A stretch of 64,000 nt of DNA from assembly GCF_009834535.1 (NCBI RefSeq), contig NC_045697.1, positions 113,400,001 to 113,464,000 of the forward strand, read 5' to 3'. Positions 13,120 to 26,133 of the stretch are shown piece by piece. Under the pieces are notes generated by a model, which was not told the DNA's origin, did not search any database, and worked only from the letters and a program-made list of their open reading frames with translations. Source of the DNA: Camelus ferus (Eukaryota). The position numbers and the translations under genes are program-made. Position 1 is the stretch's first letter. Every line of letters starts with the position of its first letter.

Positions 13120-13330
13120 AAAGAATTAAGCAAGTTTGAGAAGGATTGGTATTTATACGTCTTTAAATGTTTGGTAGAATTCACCAGGGAAACTGTCTGG
13201 TCCTAGACTTTTCTTTGTTGGGAGATTTTTGTTTTCCAGTTTGATCTCCTTCCTTGTTTTCAGTCTGTTCAGATGTTCTGTTTCATCATGGTTCAGTCTT
13301 GGTAGGTTGTACCTTTCTAGGAATTAATCT
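13120..13330 (-). mobile_element. LINE-1 ORF2 fragment
   Basis: ttgagaaggattggtatt...tggtagaattcaccag...ttcagtcttggtaggttgta; same L1 region as 30340-30530. Confidence 0.85.
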
Positions 13331-13749
13331 CTTGTCTGTGGGTGAGCATTTAAGACAATGTTTTCCAGAGGCTCGAGAACCATGACCAAGAGAGACTGGA
13401 ACCGGTTCAAAGGCCCTGCAGGGCCCACAGCCGGGACTGAGCTCTGTCTGCCTACTGCAGGATGCACGGGTGGGAGAGCCTCCACCCAGGTCTGTGGGGG
13501 TACAGTGCTGTTTCTCACAGGTCCCACACAGGCACTTCGTCCATGGGTGGTTGCCAGATTTCTGTTGTTGAGGGCAGGGACAAAGACGAGAGGTGTCTCA
13601 TGCTGCCATCACATCACCCTCTGGAGCGATCTCATCCATTCTTTAAAGGGTAGTTCAAGCTTAATCACCTGGTTCTTGTCACCATTTCAATATATTTTTT
13701 ATAACTGGATGGATTCTGGATTCCCAGTTATTGTGGGAAGGTAAATTCT

Positions 13750-16060
13750 TTTCTTTATTAATTTATTAGGATATCAACAGTTTCCTCTAGATTTAAAATC
13801 TGTGGCATACAGTTGCACTCCTAAACTTGTATTATTTTATTCTGTCTCTTTTTTTTTAATTAATACTATTGTATACTACGTATGCCTTTTTATTTATTAT
13901 TTTTAATTACTTAGTTGTTTAAATTAATTAAAGTATAACTCAATTAAATTCAGCTTAACAGACAGTCATAATTACTTACGTCTTAAATTTTGGTTCATTT
14001 TTTTTCTAATTTACTGGGTAATACAATAAGGTAAACACTTTTTTCCTCTCTTGTCCTCATTATCAAAGACATTGGAAGCTGTCCGTGTTTTACCAGGTAC
14101 AGCTTCTTCTGTTTCTCAATAGTGGTATTTTCCTTTTCATTTGTATCTAAGATTTGTGAATTACCTTTTTCAATTTTCTGGTTAAAGGATTATTTTAGGA
14201 TTACATTTTTTAAGTGCCTAGTAGTTAAAACGTAATTTTTAGATTATTTATTCCTAATCCATCTGGATCATAAACTGAGACTATGCCCTGATACATATCT
14301 ATGTTTTTATTTTGTTAAGGGTTCTTTGTTGTCAGATATACAATACGTTGCGTACATTTGAATACACAAGTGGACAAAATGCATCTTATCTTTATGTCTA
14401 TTAGATCAAGTCTATTGATGGAATCGATCTGTTTGCCTTTGTCTATCCTTAGTTTTTTTACAGCATCAGAACAGGACTCTCTGTGTTGTATTTTTATCAG
14501 GTTCTCTCTGTATTTTTAATAATTTTGCATTATGTATTTAACAAGCAAATTTCAGTGCACATAGTTACGATTATGGAAAGTTTGTACATTGTGCATACTG
14601 TGGCTAAAAGATTCTTTTTTTTCCTTTTAAAAGTTTTCAGACTTAAATTGTACCTGATCTGGGATTAATATTCACACCCCCGGGTTCCTATTTTTGTGGT
14701 AATTTGCATGACAGTTCAAAAGAATCAGACCATCACGTTATTTTAACCTCCCTCTAACACTTTGTCTTTAGAATTTCTTGAAAACAGCATGCGGCTGGGT
14801 CTCAGTTTTAGTGGTCCTTTTAAACAGCATACTGTTGTTCAATCTCACAGCCTTTACTGTAATGACTAAAAAACTTGTTTTTATTCCAACTTACTTGTGC
14901 TGAATTTTAATTTTATATTTTGTTTTCTTTTTTCAAACATGGCCAAGTTTCTATTTATTTCATTTTCTTTCCTTATTAATTTGGACACAATTATATGGTT
15001 CAATTTCATACAGTATTACAATTCTTTTTCTTATTATTACAATTAGAAGTATATTTAACTGCTATTATTTGGCAACAAGATAATGCTTTCTATCTATGAA
15101 AATGCATCGTTGGACTTTCCACAAATGCTCTACTAATCCTTTACTTACCCTTAGAGAATGTCTCTCCTGTTTTAAAAGGACTAGTTTGCACTTATTTTTA
15201 ATATCCCCCAAACCCCTTTATCCATTTGTATTTTATTACATAAGTTGCATATCCTTAAATACATATATATTGCATATCCTTAAATACATATACATACATT
15301 TTTGCCCTAACGTATATTTCTGGTGAATAGGTGTCTCTTAGTTCTAATCTTTCAGAAATTGATAAATGCTATTTTGCTACCTTCTAGTGTCCAGTGTTGG
15401 AGATGAGAAAATCAGATTATTTCCCTTCATAGATAACTTTTGCTTTGAGTCTGAAGCTTGCAATTCTTTCTACATCTTAGTATTCAAGCATTTAGCTATC
15501 TATACAGAAGTAGTCTTTTCCTACCAATTCAGAGAGGAATTGGGGTGAGAACTTACAATCTGTGATCTTTCTTCATCTCAAGAAAAAAAAAAGTTTATTT
15601 TTTTCCCTCCTCCATATACTTCCTTTTGCCTCTGGAACAGTTATCATTCACGTTATGTTTCCTGGATCTAACATCCTTATAGTTTACCTTTTCCACCGTG
15701 GTTTCTCTCTGTACACATTTACAAAATTCTTCGAAGGAAGACTTGAAATTTAATCTTCTAAATCACTTATTTGGATCTCAAGAGTGACCTTAATCTTCAA
15801 ATTGTCTACTAAATGACTTAGCTTGAAAATTATGCTTTATTTTAAATTTCTAGAATGGCTCTTCTGTGCTGTCTCCTTCAGTGTTCTCACTTTTTTTTTT
15901 TTTCCTTTCAAGTTATTGTATCTACAGCAACTCTAGTTTCCTTGGCATGTATTTTATATTTGGTAATGCTCTCGGTAGCTTCTGGGACCCCTTATACAAT
16001 AAGCCTACTCTGTTTTCACCTTGGCTCTTGGGGTCACATCTGGCTGATGGAGGATCCTAA
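13750..16060 (-). mobile_element. Very old LINE-1 (L1M-type; endonuclease to ORF1 region)
   Basis: T-rich degenerate L1 antisense motifs (tttcttgaaaacagcat, ccttctagtgtccagtgttggagatgagaaa); boundaries approximate. Confidence 0.55.
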
Positions 16061-16694
16061 GGGGCAGCAGTCACATTAAACAGCAGAAGATGGGCCGACA
16101 AAGTAGAAGGCTTGCAACCGGAGGACGTCTGCTTCCATCCTGGCCCCCCAGCTCAGGGGTGAGGATGACTCAGCTGATCTATTTGGCTCTTTCATTTCCT
16201 TCTGGCAATAACAATACCAGTCACACTCACGTCCTGAGGGACCCTGGATCCGGCAGACCCAGCTTTTCTCAGGAGCCATCACTTTCTGCTGTTTCTACCC
16301 CAGGGGCTCCTGGTCCTGGTCTGAAAAGGCAACCCAGGGGCCTTTCACCCACCGCCCAGGGGTGAAAAAGTTCCACTCACTTGTCTCGTGAACCTTCCCC
16401 CAGAATCCAAACCTGCACACACACCACACCCAGCTTGCTGTGGTCACCAGCAAGCAGCCCGGGAGAGGCAACTGGGTTAGAGCTGGAGAGAGAGGGGCCC
16501 TGTTCCTGCCAGTGTTTCTCAGAATTCTTTTCCCCACAAGGAGCTGTCATCTGAACAATACAGTGAGAATGTGTCATCAGCTAATAGGACAATTTATTTA
16601 TCTACATATATTTGAAATTCACGAATAGGTAGAGACAAAATATTCTTCTTTCTGGACCCAGAAGGAGTGAAAACAACACCTAATCTTCAGATAG

Positions 16695-16920
16695 TGATGA
16701 ATATATTTCAGACATTACGCTGAGAGCTTCCCCCATCTCTGACGTACCCTTCATGAAAACCCTGTCAAGTAGGCTCCATCTTGACCTCCAACTTTACAGA
16801 TGAGAAAATGGAGGTTAAGTTACAAGTCCAAAGCCACACATGTGGTAAATGACAGACTAGGATTCAGATGCTGGAAGTCTGGCTTCAGATCCCACACTCT
16901 TAGTCACTACTCTCTACTGT
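16695..16920 (-). mobile_element. MIR SINE
   Basis: Core ctttacagatgagaaaatggaggtt...ggattcagatgctggaagtctggcttcaga. Confidence 0.85.
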
Positions 16921-17111
16921 TCTTAGTGAGTGTGTCCTGTCCAGAGGAAGGGGAAAAATTGAGTGTGATCTTTGCTAAACTGAATTCTGATTGGATCAAG
17001 TAAGATTCAATATTCCACACAAAGTGTGATGACAGAAATAGCCCTGGGAAACATTAAGAACCCTTAGGAAATAGTCATGTTCTGTATTTTCCCATTTTCC
17101 CTTTAGGCCAT

Positions 17112-17712
17112 TGTAATAGGGAAGAACAAATCTGACTCCATATTGGATCTGTTCCTTTAGCTCTAATCCTGTGCTCTGTTTCCAGTGCTTAGTCATGCTG
17201 GTTCTGCATCTTTTGTAAAAGAATGTTGCCTAGAGCCTGAAATATACAGGAGAACCCATTCTCAAAGCTCTGATCTTTAAGGATATAACACTTTCCCATT
17301 GTTAGAAAGATTAAAAGTTGTAAAACAGCATGACTGGGACATTATACTGTACACCAGAAACTGACACATTGTAATTGACTATACTTCAATAAAAATAAAA
17401 TTTAATGGCTGAACAGAGAATAATGTATGTCTTGCTGAAGATTTACAGGAATATCCTGACCTGACCTAGGTGGACAGCTGCAAAAACAAAAGATTCTCAC
17501 ACTAAGAAGTTTGCAACAACCAACCATAACCCTTCCTCTTTTTAGTATAAAAGGAACCTGAATTCTGACTTGGCAAAGATGATTCTCTAGGACATGAGTC
17601 CCCCATCTTCTTGGTCTGCTGGCTTTCCAAATAAATTCCTTGCTCCGACACCTCATCTCCTGATTTATTGGCCTGTCAAGTGGTGAGCAGAATAAGTTTG
17701 GACTCAGTAACA
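17112..17712 (+). mobile_element. ERV1-type solo LTR
   Basis: TG...CA termini (tgtaata / gtaaca), TATA-like tataaaa at ~17547, aataaa at ~17630, flanks ccat/ccag. Confidence 0.88.
17329..17400 (+). mobile_element. Extreme 3' tip of a young LINE-1, inside the LTR
   Basis: catgactgggacatt...tgacacattgtaattgactatacttcaataaaaa matches the L1 ends at 37600-37670 and 46077-46145. Confidence 0.85.
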
Positions 17713-17713
17713 C

Positions 17714-17925
17714 CAGGAGTAGGTAAACGACAACCCATCAGCCAATTCAGTCCACTGCCTGTTTTTGCAAATAAAACTTTACTGGAACACAGCCACACCC
17801 AGCTCTGGAGTTACTGTCTATGGCTGCTTTTGACCTCAGTGTCAGAGATGAGTAGTTCTAATAGCGAATGGCTTGCAAAGTCCAAAATATTCACTGCCTG
17901 ACTCTTTAGAAAAATTTGCTGAATC
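17714..17925 (+). mobile_element. MER58A-like hAT-Charlie MITE
   Basis: ccactgcctgtttttgcaaataaaactttactggaacacagccacaccc...tctttagaaaaatttgctga. Confidence 0.85.
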
Positions 17926-18519
17926 TTATCGAAGATTAACATACTCTTAAGAATTATTCTGGGACTTTCATCACCTTAGCATTACAACTTACTTAATATG
18001 TGACCTATTCCACTGGGTTCCTGTTCTCTGCCTTGCAATGAGAGAGCCAGTTATCTAAAACCTAATTTATGCCAAGATAGTGAAGATTGATTCTGGTTTG
18101 CATGTGTTTCTCCCAGGTGGCATTTGCTCTCTCATAGAAGCCTTCTGAAGAGAAATGTTGTAGAACAAAGAAATCAATATCTCATTTCATAATTTCAGAG
18201 TCCACAGCAAATGAGGAAAGATCTTTCTAATTAAATTACCCTTCTAATTAAATTATCTACTCCACTTTTGAGATTATTTACCACACATGTACTTTGTTTG
18301 CTTTGTCTGATATTTTGCTCTCTGGCTGTTGGGCCCTTAAATGAGTTATTATCTTTTCTATTGGCTCATTGGGTTACGTCTAGTTGCTGGAGGTCTGTAA
18401 GTGGCAGCAGTCACACAAATGATGGAAAATGCCTTGGCACCTGCCTCTATCACCAGCAGTATAGATGCCACTGGACTGCCAGTCTATTCATTCCAGAAGA
18501 AAGACTTCAAGGAATAGTT

Positions 18520-18808
18520 TTATTTATAATTTATATATATATAAATAAATTACATATAAGAAATTATATGCAAATTATATAATTATATACAAATAAATAT
18601 AATTATATATATAAATTATATATATGAATTACACAATTATATATAAAATATTATTATATATGAATTATATATTATAATATATAACATATATTATATAATA
18701 ATACATAATATATAATATAGGTATATATAATATAAAATATATAAATTACATATAAATCTATAAATAAATTATATATATAAATTTATATATATTATATATA
18801 TATATATA
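18520..18808. repeat. AT-rich degenerate (TA)n low-complexity tract
   Basis: ~290 bp composed almost only of A and T. Confidence 0.95.
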
Positions 18809-19246
18809 TGGGACTGAAAGATAAATACTAGTTGGCAGAAAAGGAGAAGAAAAAGCTCTTGTTGTAATAAGAATGTAATTGTAAATATTTATGTAGATTT
18901 CTGAGGTTTACAAAGTGCTTTCCAATGCTAATTTAATCTTTTCTACATCTTTGCAAATGTGTGTTGTACCTATATTCCCACTTCATGAGTCAGATAACAG
19001 GCTCAGATGGAGCAGCTCCTAAGTGACAGAAGAACAACAAATCTGTGTTTTGAGGTATGAAATACCATGCACCTCTAAGCATCTGTGTTGTTTTTATTGG
19101 AAAATATGCAGAGAAGAGAGATGGAGACAAGTTAAGGGACCCTGCAGGGACAAGGCTGGGGCAGGCAGAAGCAATTTTCCTCCCTGCAGAAATTTTCCTC
19201 ACTGCAAGGAAGAGAAAATTAAAGGAATTCTTTGGAAATTTCTTCT

Positions 19247-19525
19247 TCATGCATCTGTTCATTCACTTGACAAATATTTATTGACAGACTCATGTGTCAG
19301 GCACTGTTCTAGAATCTGGAGACACAGTAGTGAGCAAAAGATATCCGTCTTCATGGAGTGTATATTTTGAGGGAAAGAAAATAAACAAAATGCACAGTAT
19401 TTTAATCAGTGATAAGTACCAAGTGGGAAAAAACAAAACAAAACAGAGAAGGGGCATATCAAGTGTCAGGGTATCAGGTTGAAAGTTTAGAGTGATCAGG
19501 GAAGGCCTCCCTGAGAAGGCAACTA
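19247..19525 (-). mobile_element. LINE-2 3' end
   Basis: cattcacttgacaaatatttattga...tgtgtcaggcactgttctag...gaaggcctccctgagaagg. Confidence 0.85.
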
Positions 19526-20924
19526 ATGTCCTGGTAATGTTACTTTAATTAATTGTCTATCATTATAGCCCACTTTTCATTTTCTCTTGGGAGGTGTATC
19601 ATACCCATTCTATTCCTACTAAAAGTAAACAACTGATTTATTGTTGAGTGTTTCTAACTAATTATGCCTACTAATTAGTTAATCCAGTGATTTTCCAATG
19701 CACTGTAGTAGCAAGAGACAGACTTGGCAAAACTTGATGAACTGTGTCACATTAGTTCAACAATATCCCAGGTAGACAAGGTGTTTCTTACAACTGTTTG
19801 ACTAAAAAGCCTGCATATGAAAACCTGTAGCTTCCAGTTCTGCCAGAATGTTAATAAAGATTGGATAAAATAAATCACTATATTGTTTTGTACGATGGTC
19901 TTTGTAATGCTAGAAATAACTAGAAATATAAAAGTTAAGTTTATTGCTGTTTGCTGTACTAGAAAATGCCATAGAAGACAATTAACATTCCATTTATCTT
20001 TCCACAATCCATGGGCCCCCATATTTACCTTCTGGGACATTCAGAAAGTCAATAGCTAAGACATAGCTGCTGTCTTCTTAAGAGGTTTTTGAAGCAATCT
20101 ACAAAAAGTGGCAACTGTTCTTGACAAATTAAGGGGGCTCAGTAAATAAACCCCCTACTCCTGGCACCTGAATTTGGAATCAAATGATGTAGAAGTTAAA
20201 AAATATCAGCTTCATTTCTGAGGAAGCTGTGGGGAGAATATAGCCTAGATTTGCAGACAAGTGGTTTTGCTAATGTTGCTCCCTACAATTAAATGTACAG
20301 CCTCAAACTACAGGACTATCTCCCCTGTTGGGTTTAACACAATAGCTGAGAGCAAAGGAAAAAAGTAACCTCTCTGCAGACAACTAGACCCCTCAGAGAC
20401 GGGCCAGATTCACTTATAATTTTATAATTCACTGAACAGTTTATCAAATAGGCTACAGTGTAAATGGTATCTCCATGAGGTTGTAAAAACAGAACTCCTG
20501 TCCTGAGTGGGACACTCCCTTGTCTTCCTTTGGGGAGGTACGAGCTTTGCGGTGAAAAGCACCGGGGAAAGAGGCTGGGGTGTTACACTAATGGTGCTCC
20601 CTCTGTAAGGAAACATCAGCACAGGGAGGATTACAGTTCCTCCCCAAATATTTCATTTGATCTAGCAACATTTTCTCACATTACAATTTGAGGGAAGACA
20701 CAAAAACAATTATTACTCACTCCTGAACTTAATTTGATCTTAGTTTTAACATTGTTTACTCAACTCAAAAAGAAAGACTTGCAAAAAAAGAAAAGGTTAT
20801 TAAAATTACCCAACAAGAGACAATAATCATAAACATAAAATAATAGTAAGTAATCCAACACTGACTATTAGTTGCTACTGAGTGTGACAAATTAAATGTA
20901 CCATCGGGACAAAGGGCAATGTCA

Positions 20925-21065
20925 CATATTGTAAAAAGCCCTGGCCTGGAGGTTAGAGACCTAGATTCTTGTTTTAATAAAATCTAACTGAGAAATTCTA
21001 GAAGTCTTAATTTCTTTATATTTCATTTTCCTCTTCTGTAAAGGGACGGGTTTTACTGGAGTCTA
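20925..21065 (+). mobile_element. MIR-family fragment
   Basis: agccctggcctggaggttagagacctagattct...cattttcctcttctgtaaa. Confidence 0.6.
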
Positions 21066-24000
21066 GACTAAACTACAAATTCAATTCTCCAGTATAATAG
21101 CAACCAAAATAACCTTTGAATTTGTAAAGTTAGTGACTTAAGTCCCACATCTTTTGTTTTCCATGTCAGCAATTGCAAGAGAACAGTGAAAAGAACACAT
21201 CAATTGGTGAAAAGGTAACAAAGAAATATGTAAGTAGAGAAGACTGACCAAAGGAGCTAAGGCGGAGATCCAAACATAAACATTTCAAAGGCCCATGTGA
21301 TGTTCGTTAAGATGGAGAGAAAGAGGAGATTTGGACTTGGAGTCTCTGCACTTGACCTTATGAAGGGAAATGCACCCATGGCTCTGCAGGAGGAGGGTGT
21401 GCAGGACCCTTTCCTACGGTGCACTTTCATATCACTAGGCTGGGAGGTAGAATCTAATATGAATCCGTTTTGGCCTCAGCCTGGAATGGTCCCAACAGAT
21501 TGCAGAGTCCTCCCTGGCATGTGCAACTTCACAAGAAGTGATGACAAGGACAGAAAGAGATACTTTGTTCTCATTTGCTCCATTTTCTCTAGCACTGCTC
21601 TAAATTATAAAATAAAGATAAAGGAATTTGGGAGGTTTTTTTACTGCTAAAGAAAAAGAAGGCAGGTTCTTGAAAAAAAATTTTGAAGGCTATGTGTGGG
21701 TGAACCTGAGAACCAATCAGAAAGGACTGCTATTCTTGAACTTGCTGGCGTCAGCCTCCCTGACTGATTTGGGGAGGATCCCTTACCGGCTTCACACAGC
21801 ATCATGCCAGTATCCCTGAGACCAGCCTTGGGATGGGGAAAGTATGTGTGGAAAGGGGGCGATTTGAGGGAACCATGGGAAAGTCAGGTAGAAGTCCTCC
21901 CTCAAAACAAACCGATGCCTTCCATGTGTTTTTGTTGTAAATCAAACTCCAAAATATTTTACATTGGACTTCTTCTGGAGTCTCAGTTTGGAATCAAGAG
22001 GGCTAATGTCCATAATTTAATCTTGTGTAAAATGGGAAGACATCATCAACCAACCAATCATCATTCAGATTTCCTCTGTACACAGAGAGTTAATTTCCCA
22101 AAGTGTCCTTTATACTTTCAGAGGCTATCTGTGGGGCAGTTCATTGTCCATGGATTTTATCTTATGTGTAAGGGAAACTTCAGTTTCAAATTTCTGTTTG
22201 TGTACATGTCTTAAGTTGGAGATCATAGGTGACAGGCCTTTTATGTAGGGAAATCTCTTAATTACCCCCTTTTTTTAATAGTTAAGAGATTTTATTCTAA
22301 TAGCTGTAATTACAGTGCTTGTTTGTGGCAATGAAAACTGAAAACAACTATACAAAATGGTTGATTACTACTCTTGTCTAGAAAGCAGGAAGAGGTTCCG
22401 GCACACCAAAGAAGCTAGTTCTGAGGTTTTCCCCAAGATGGTTTAACAGTTCCAGCTCCTTCAGTGTTTATCAAAATATGAAAGAAAACAGCAGAAGTTA
22501 TCATTTTTGATGGCAGATCTGACCCTTGCAGACCGAGGGAGGGAAAACACATGCAGTTGTTGAGAGAACTAACTTCTTCCCCTTAATTGCTTAATAAAAT
22601 AACAGAAATTTTGAGTTGTAAGCTCTTTGCTGGACAATATGAAGAGGATGTGATGGGGAGAAAGTCTTGATTAGAGAAGATAAAAACACACACACACACA
22701 CAAAGCAAACAACTGAGCTTGGAAGAAGAGCAGCTGGTGGGAAGATCTCTATGGCAGTGATGGACCAATGCCATTAATGAGGCTGACATCTAGTGACGAA
22801 TTTAACATGGTTTTCTTCTATGTATTCTGCTAATGTCCCATCATTCTGCCAAAGCCTTGAGTCAAAGTTGAGGACACCAAAAGGATTCTAATGGAGGTCT
22901 GAGGGAAGGAATGAAGGATGAGACCCACCTAGAGAGCAATGGGACAGGGAGAGAAGAGAGACACGGTGGGAGGTGAGGTCGTGGGGATCCAACCACTTGG
23001 GAATCACTGGAATTTACGTATGGGCATTAAGATGACAAAGAGAACTAAAACCCCTCCTTGAAGAACTATAGAGATAACTGGGGCAGTGACACCCTTCTCA
23101 GTGTACTCAGGATGAAGAAGCATTAAAGTACTTCATTATTAAAAGAAGAAGGTATCCAGGAAGCGGGAGGGCTTGAGGTCACGCGGGTGACACTTGTCCT
23201 TCAGTGCTTGAGGCACAGAGCATCTCTCAGAGGCTGGTGTTCCCGCCTCATTTTGGATGCAGAGTTATTTATTAATTACTTAGTTAATTAAGTAATTAGC
23301 TACTAATTACTTCTTAGATAAGCAAACACATGCAAATTATTGTCAAGACAATATACTTAAGTAAATGCAATATATCCAGGGTGACATCTTCCCTTCGGGT
23401 AATGATGTTGCTCTATTTGAACTTACACAAATCTCATCTCGTATCCAGTGAGTCACTGAACATTATTGTTAATAGCTCACAAATTGGGTTTGAATTTCAT
23501 AGCTTGAAAAAGTCGTGCTTGTTGCTCCTGTGCATGCGAGGTGGGTGTGCGTGGATATAGACCCGCGTGTGTGCACACACTTCAGCAAGGAGGCAGTTCA
23601 ACTAGCCCACTGAACTGGAAAATGGAGATTTCTCTCTCCTCCACCTAACAGATAAAATGGTAACCTGGAGCGGGGGATTTTTTGACGTGCTAGTGTTGTT
23701 TCTTATGCATTTTTCATGGGAGATTCTGGGATTTCAGTGCCGGCCACTGCTGTCAGAAGCAAATGAAAGATGTATACCAAAAGGAGACTAGCTTTTTTTT
23801 TTTTTTTTAATATATTTATATAGTTGATTCTTTTTCAATTTTTAAAAATTGCATTTCTGAGCTCTGTCTCTAACATGAGCTTGTCTCAAAAGTAATATTC
23901 TTTGAATCCACTATTCCCTTTATGAACATATTTGATAACAATGTTCACAGATCGGGGTTTTTACTTCCCACTGCTGACTCATCTCAAATAGTCTTGTTTT

Positions 24001-24504
24001 CAGAAATGCCATGCAAATGAGGTGCTATATAAACAATACAAAATCTGTCCGATCGGGTTTGTTTCAATATATTCTGGGCTAAGAACACATTTAAAGTTAT
24101 CCATATTGCAGTATGCTTACATAGAATATTCTAATTTAAACTCATCTTTAAAAAAAATCTATTAACATCTCTTGTTTATCTGTTGTTTTCAGAGATAGAC
24201 GTGCAGCTAGCTTGTCTTAACTTGCATTGATGAGGCAACACTGATTACTTCCGTCTTAATATATCTCTTAAGACTGGACATATTATTTCCATGCTATTGG
24301 ATTAACTTCATGAGTGTAGGATGGATTAAAAACCGTGGAGCCAGTTGCGGAGAGAAATGGTCACAAACACGAGAGCAGAAATCGTAGGATCACTTGGCCA
24401 TTGGCATGAGTGAATGAGAACATTGCCACACTTTTCGTATTTCTTTAAGGAAATTGGACATAAATGTTGTTGCCTCACTTTCCTGGATTTTGGTGGGGAA
24501 ACCA

Positions 24505-24735
24505 AATGGTAGGGTGAAGAAACCGTAGAAGTTGAGGTTAGGAAATTTGGGTTCAAATCTTAGCTCGCAGTTTTACCACCTAGATGACTGTAGACAATTT
24601 GTTAATCTTTGAGGGCTTTAATGTCTTCATCTGCAAAATGGAGCTAAAACTATTTAAACTACATGTTTGTGAGAATTATATAAGGTGATGAAGAGAAAAG
24701 GGTCTAGTACAAAGCAAGCCTTCAACAGCCGTTGT
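24505..24735 (+). mobile_element. MIR SINE
   Basis: tgggttcaaatcttagctc...cttcatctgcaaaatgga...gtttgtgagaatta. Confidence 0.75.
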
Positions 24736-24769
24736 TCTGGGGGTGATTGCTTGTCTCGGTGTTTCTGAA

Positions 24770-25021
24770 GCCCAGCTCAGAAACCTCACCATCAACCAAT
24801 CAGAGAATTGTGCATGAGCTGACACATACCCTGGAACCCCCCTCCCTCTCCTGGCCTTTAAAAGTCCTTTGCTGAAACCCATCAGAGAGTTTGGACTTTC
24901 TCAGCACCAGTTGTCCTGGACTCCTTGTCTGGCACCTTACACTTTCCGTCACCACGACTCCATCTCAGTAGGTTGGCTTTCCTGCGCACAGGTGAACGGA
25001 CCCAAGTTTGGTTTGGTAACA
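24770..25021 (+). mobile_element. ERV1-type LTR, 3' part only
   Basis: Ends ggacccaagtttggtttggtaaca; shares its U3 segment with 4296-4755 in the opposite orientation. Confidence 0.75.
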
Positions 25022-25583
25022 GTATCATGGACCTGAAGGTTCTTTGTAATTGCAAGGGCAGATTGGAGGGATTAAGGGGGAATGAGGACTATATTTGACA
25101 AGATCATTAGAATATTCAAAGCATACTTGAAAAATGGAAAGTCAACAATTTCTAGAATTTCCCAAGAAATTGTCTATGAATCAATATTATGAAGTCTAAG
25201 TAAAAAATTGTTCAGTTATTTCCTCTAATAACTCATTGATGTCATTGATTGTATACTACACTGTTCTTAGATACCTATTTCATTGTGTGCCTACTACCTG
25301 TTTTTAGAATTTAACTCTCTTCCTCCTCCATCTGCATGATTTTAACTATATTTATATTATGTGCATCTGGTCCTTTGGTTGTAGTTATTTCTGGGATGGG
25401 GTAAATGGGGTAAACCGATCAGTTTTTATATTTGTGAATATGAATTGCAAAAAGCAGTTGGAGAGATGTGGGGTCATGTCATATGGATGAGATAAACAGA
25501 GAAGCTGGATCAGAGGGAGAGGGAGAGACAGAGAAAGGAGAGGAGAGGAAGACTTAGAGACAAAGAAAAATGAAGTATAAACT

Positions 25584-26133
25584 TTACCCCAAAAGGGGAA
25601 GGGAAAAGACCCCAGTTCTTGTCTTACCCAAAAGAGAAGAATTCAGACAGGAGATGAAGCTTTGTGTTGTGAAAGATTTTAAAGGTTTTATTAGCAAAGG
25701 GAAAGTACCCCTCCAAGAACGGGAGGTGGGCTGATCTGAGGGTGTGTACCGATGGTCTTTGTTTGCCCCCTTCTCCTCTACCCTCTCTTGGAGGTGGTCT
25801 CTGAAATGATTGACAGCTCTAGCACCTCGAAGGCTCAGTCATGCTCGTCCTCTTTTGTGCATGTCCTTACCCATGATGCACACAGAAAAACCCATGGGGG
25901 GACCTAAACCACAATGCTATGTACATTATAATGAGCACTGGATCATATCCAGTTAGGTCCTTGTTGCTACCACACAGTTGTGGCTGTCAGGTTCTAACTG
26001 GTTTCTTGCTGGCGCTCATTTAGAGGAAGTAAAGCCTCTTTATGCGGGAGGCGGGCAAAACTCCATCTTCTGGACCCTCCTTCCTCTCCTCCACCTGTCT
26101 GTCTGGTGTCCCCACTTATCTAACTCCCTAACA
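25584..26133 (-). mobile_element. ERV1-type solo LTR
   Basis: Ends ccctaaca (TGTTAG on the minus strand); tttatt polyA signal at ~25687; left boundary approximate. Confidence 0.65.

Noticed and set aside
13358..13744. 128 aa ORF in a GC-rich patch
   Set aside because: Lies between L1 fragments and looks like an old L1 5'UTR piece; no homology recognised
23272..23300. AT-rich hairpin taattactta...taagtaatta
   Set aside because: Short, low complexity and expected by chance
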